A stretch of DNA of 64,000 nt, from positions 64,001 to 128,000 of the forward strand of contig CAXXTF010000002.1 of NCBI GenBank assembly GCA_963665775.2. The letters are read 5' to 3'. Within the stretch, counting starts at the first letter, position 1. Each line of letters starts with the position of its first letter. Shown here one piece after another: positions 61,095 through 64,000 of this stretch. Source of the stretch: Dehalococcoidia bacterium (GTDB taxonomy: Bacteria; Chloroflexota; Dehalococcoidia; SM23-28-2; RBG-16-64-32). Below the pieces are notes generated by a model. The model had not been told where the DNA came from. It did not search any database and saw nothing but the letters and a program-made list of their open reading frames with translations. The position numbers and the translations under genes are program-made.

Positions 61095-64000
61095 CTACCC
61101 GCCCGCTAGCAGCCTTCTCACAGGGTTCTCGACGGCCTTGCGTACGGTTTGGCCTTCGGTCGATTCGCGTAGCCATCTTCGCAGCTCCCGACGGGCGATG
61201 GTCACAGTTAGCCTGTCTCCACGCTGCTCCCTGAGCTCTTCCAACTTCTTTCCCGCTCTGGCTGCTGCCGTTGCCCCGGCCTCAGCGATGGCGGCGTGTA
61301 ACTCCTGTGCCGGGTCGAACTCCGGGATAGGCAACTTCCAGAGGTGTTTATGAAGATCGCGGGCTCCGAATTGACCCTTCGACATCAACGGTCTCACAGC
61401 TTCTTGCAGGACGTCGCTATTGATGACAGCCAAGAGGTAGTTGGCTTCGTCGATGGTCCTGCACGGAATCCAGTAGAGAAGATGGTCAACCAGTGGCCCG
61501 CTGTCGTGAAGCAACGCAGCCGTCGGCTCCCCAGACTTGGTGTACACCACCCGCACCGGCCTGTCGCCTGCATCTTGCTGCCACTCCAGTTGTGACGAAA
61601 GGTTGCGCACGTAGTCCAGCCTCTCCAACAGCTTCAGCCTGTTGGCCAGAGCCTTGTTGTCCTCCCACAAGCGGCTGACCATCTGCCAGCGCTCCCGCAT
61701 CCGCCGTTCCAGCCCTCCCAGCCGGATGCCGCCGGGACCGTCGTCATCGGTGGGAATAGCGATGTCGCCCCGCTTCAGCGGCAACAGCACCTTCAGAGGT
61801 TCCAGAGTGACATAAGGGGCGATGGTCTCCCCCAGATGCATATCGAACAGATGCCGGTTCTCCACGGTCTGCCCGGTGATGGCGGTCAGGTCCAGGTCTT
61901 TCCACGGAGCCTTGTCCTGGCTGCCCTGCCGGGGGTTCACTGTGACCGTGGGCGCTGCCTGCACGACCGCGGTGTTCTCTGTTTCGTTGACGAAGAACAG
62001 GCAGCGCGGGACGATGGTCGCACCCTGCCGGGAATGACCGCCATAGGGGGACTCTCCAGCCGCGCCGGTGTCAGTGATGACTGTGGACTCCCTCCGCACG
62101 TCGTCGGCTCCCGCCTTCCCCTGCCACCGCTCGACAGAGCCTTCCAAGGGCTTGCCTGAGGCGTCTTGGGAGACCTTGCGGGCGAAGACCACAGAGGCGG
62201 GTATTGGGAAGAAGCTATTGGGTTCCAGCTGTTCCAGGTCCCAGGCCGGTTTGAGGGTAAAGTCCACCGGGACGCTTGTTCCTGACTTGCCTGCCCGCCA
62301 CTGGCCCCTGCGCCACTTGGAGTACTGCCCGGCTTGTAAAGCGCTGTGGGGCAGTACGAAGCCGATGACGCCCCCGTTCTTCAGGTACAGGTCAACGCTG
62401 CGGGTGAAGAACAGCCCCGCAACGTCCTGGTGGGTGGCGTAGCGGCCTCCAGCCCATATGCCATAGCGGTTTCGGCTCAGGTTCTGCAACTCGTCCCGCA
62501 GGATATCGGCGGTCTGGTTGTAGTTGATCCAGGGCGGGTTGCCGATCACCACGTCCATCTTGGAGCGCGACAGCACAACCGGGCGCACCATGTTGCGGGC
62601 GTAGTAGGCCCAGATGTGGTTGCGTCCCCGGTCGTGGAGCCGCTTCATGGTTGCTATGGTGTTGCCGACGACTTGTCGCTCGGTAGGGTCGTTGACGCGG
62701 TTGTCGTCCAGGGCCAGGAAGGGGTCGTCTCCCCGCTTGATGGAGGCCGAAACGTGCCCCATCAAGGCGTCGAAGGTCTCGGCCCGTTCCATAAGGCTGA
62801 CGGGAAAGACCAACTCGGTGTTTCCCTCATCCTCTACTTGGACCGTGACGTTGTGCTCGGCGAACATGTCGCCTGCCCGGAAACGCAGTTGCAGGGCGTC
62901 GCCCAGGTAGACGGGGATGGACAGAGATGCGTCGTATCCGGCGGTGCCTGCGGCGTTGATGGCCGGTCGAGCGGCCAGGGTCCATGCGGCCCGCGCCAGG
63001 TGCACCGCCACCGGGTGAACGTCGATGCCGGTGACTGCCTCCCGCAGCCTGTTGAGGACTTGCCTAGGTTCCCAGTTGGCTTTTTCCGCGGCGGCGATGA
63101 AGTGGGACACCGCCTCTGCCACGAAGGTTCCGGAGCCGCAGGCCGGGTCCAGCACACGCTGGTTCAGCGGGTCGGCGATCAGTTTCCGGACCATGACTCG
63201 GGCCAGCCATGCGGGGGTGTAGTACTCCCCCAACTGACGCCGCTCCTCCGGCGGGATGACGGACTCGTAGAGGGTTGCGGCGGTGTCCGGCGGGGCCTCC
63301 GCCCACTCGAACCGGGCCACCCGGCGGGCCAGGGTTTGCAGCAGCGGGCTGCCTCCAACCTCGTTGGGCCATGCGAAGAAGTCCGACTCCAGCACACCCT
63401 GCAACCCGGTGGCGCTATGCAACTCCCGGCCCTGGAGCAGGTCGGCGGGGTTGTTGGCTGCCAACCGGCGTATGTCGATGCCGAAGGAGGCCTGCACGAC
63501 CATGCCTATCACGGCACTCAGATAGGTGTGGCGGACGAACAGGTCGTCCATTTCCTCCGGGCCTACGCCGACCTTCTCCAACCTAGCGCGCGACTCCTCG
63601 CTCAATCCCTCCGGGGTGTAGGCGACTTCGCCCAGGGCGGTGCGCAGCAGGTCGTACCACAGCCGCCGCTTGACCCGGATGGTCTCCAAGTCGGCGTTCT
63701 CCTCGTAGAGGGCTTTCAGAGAGGCGATGTCGCGCTGATAGGAGGGGCTGTTCGGGCCGAAATCCCCAGAGATTCCCTCTCTATCGGGCCTAACCCCTTC
63801 AAGGGATACCAGGGCCGAATCCCGCAGCCACTCGTGGAGGGCGATTCAGTGATCCGGCTCCTCCAGGGTGAAGGCGTAGGGGCGGACAAGGCGCACCTCG
63901 CCTGCTCCGGGCCACCGCTTGCCGTCGGTGAGCACGCCCATCCGGACCCGGCCTGTTTTCTCCGATTGGGCCAGGTAGTCGTCCAGTTGCTCGACATACT
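61095..64000 (-). pseudogene. type IIG-like restriction-modification enzyme (N6-adenine MTase + TRD); N-terminal nuclease separated by an in-frame TGA at 63846-63848
   Basis: GEYYTP, DPACGSGTF, GNPPW. The same frame upstream reads QLDDYL...GVLTDG...EEPDH*IALHEWL. The gene continues beyond the window. Confidence 0.88.

Larger units (their letters stand above)
25405..64000. mobile_element. composite genomic/defence island starting at the dnaN 3' end (right boundary not seen)
   Basis: The integrase overlaps the dnaN end, and content switches abruptly to recombinases, R-M genes, TA pairs and IS elements. Confidence 0.8.

Noticed and set aside
34852-63848. Stop-codon reassignment (TGA=Trp, TAG=Gln/Pyl) explaining the in-frame stops
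   Set aside because: Housekeeping genes here terminate normally at TGA and TAG (e.g. hemL TGA, hemB TAG). The stops are single transitions from TGG/CAG and come with other lesions.
1-64000. CRISPR array, rRNA, tmRNA
   Set aside because: No regularly spaced repeats or recognisable conserved RNA motifs were seen by eye.

Overview
A GC-rich bacterial chromosome segment, most consistent with Chloroflexota (Dehalococcoidia/SAR202-like), judged from the stand-alone dnaN, the AhbC-led haem operon, many lipoproteins and the recombinase types. Bases 1-25430 are mostly housekeeping and accessory genes. They include a SagB-type oxidase, an isochorismatase with a frameshifted AraC, an ECF sigma/anti-sigma-DUF4331-TPR-NiCoT operon, lipoproteins, a haem/sirohaem operon (ahbC, sirC, hemC, cobA-hemD, hemB, hemL) carrying an inverted-repeat-flanked GxxExxY gene, and dnaN. 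From 25405 to the end is a composite mobile/defence island that begins exactly at the dnaN 3' end. Its large serine integrase borrows its C-terminus and stop codon from the antisense strand of dnaN. It lies in a tightly packed run with an RHH protein, one active-looking and one catalytically dead-looking tyrosine recombinase, and an intact two-gene 'MGHxRLG protein + QueC-like/wHTH' module resembling QatBC but without QatA/QatD. This module and the three-recombinase operon are the best candidates for an undescribed system. Downstream are a multi-reader McrBC, an IS1595 element carrying P63C and MTase-HNH passengers, GmrSD, a type IIG R-M gene, two toxin-antitoxin pairs, several IS3/IS481/IS256 copies or remnants and two broken serine recombinases. 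Each of the four restriction genes carries a single stop or frameshift that separates the nuclease or motor module from the rest. All family assignments are from motif recognition by eye; no database searches were run.
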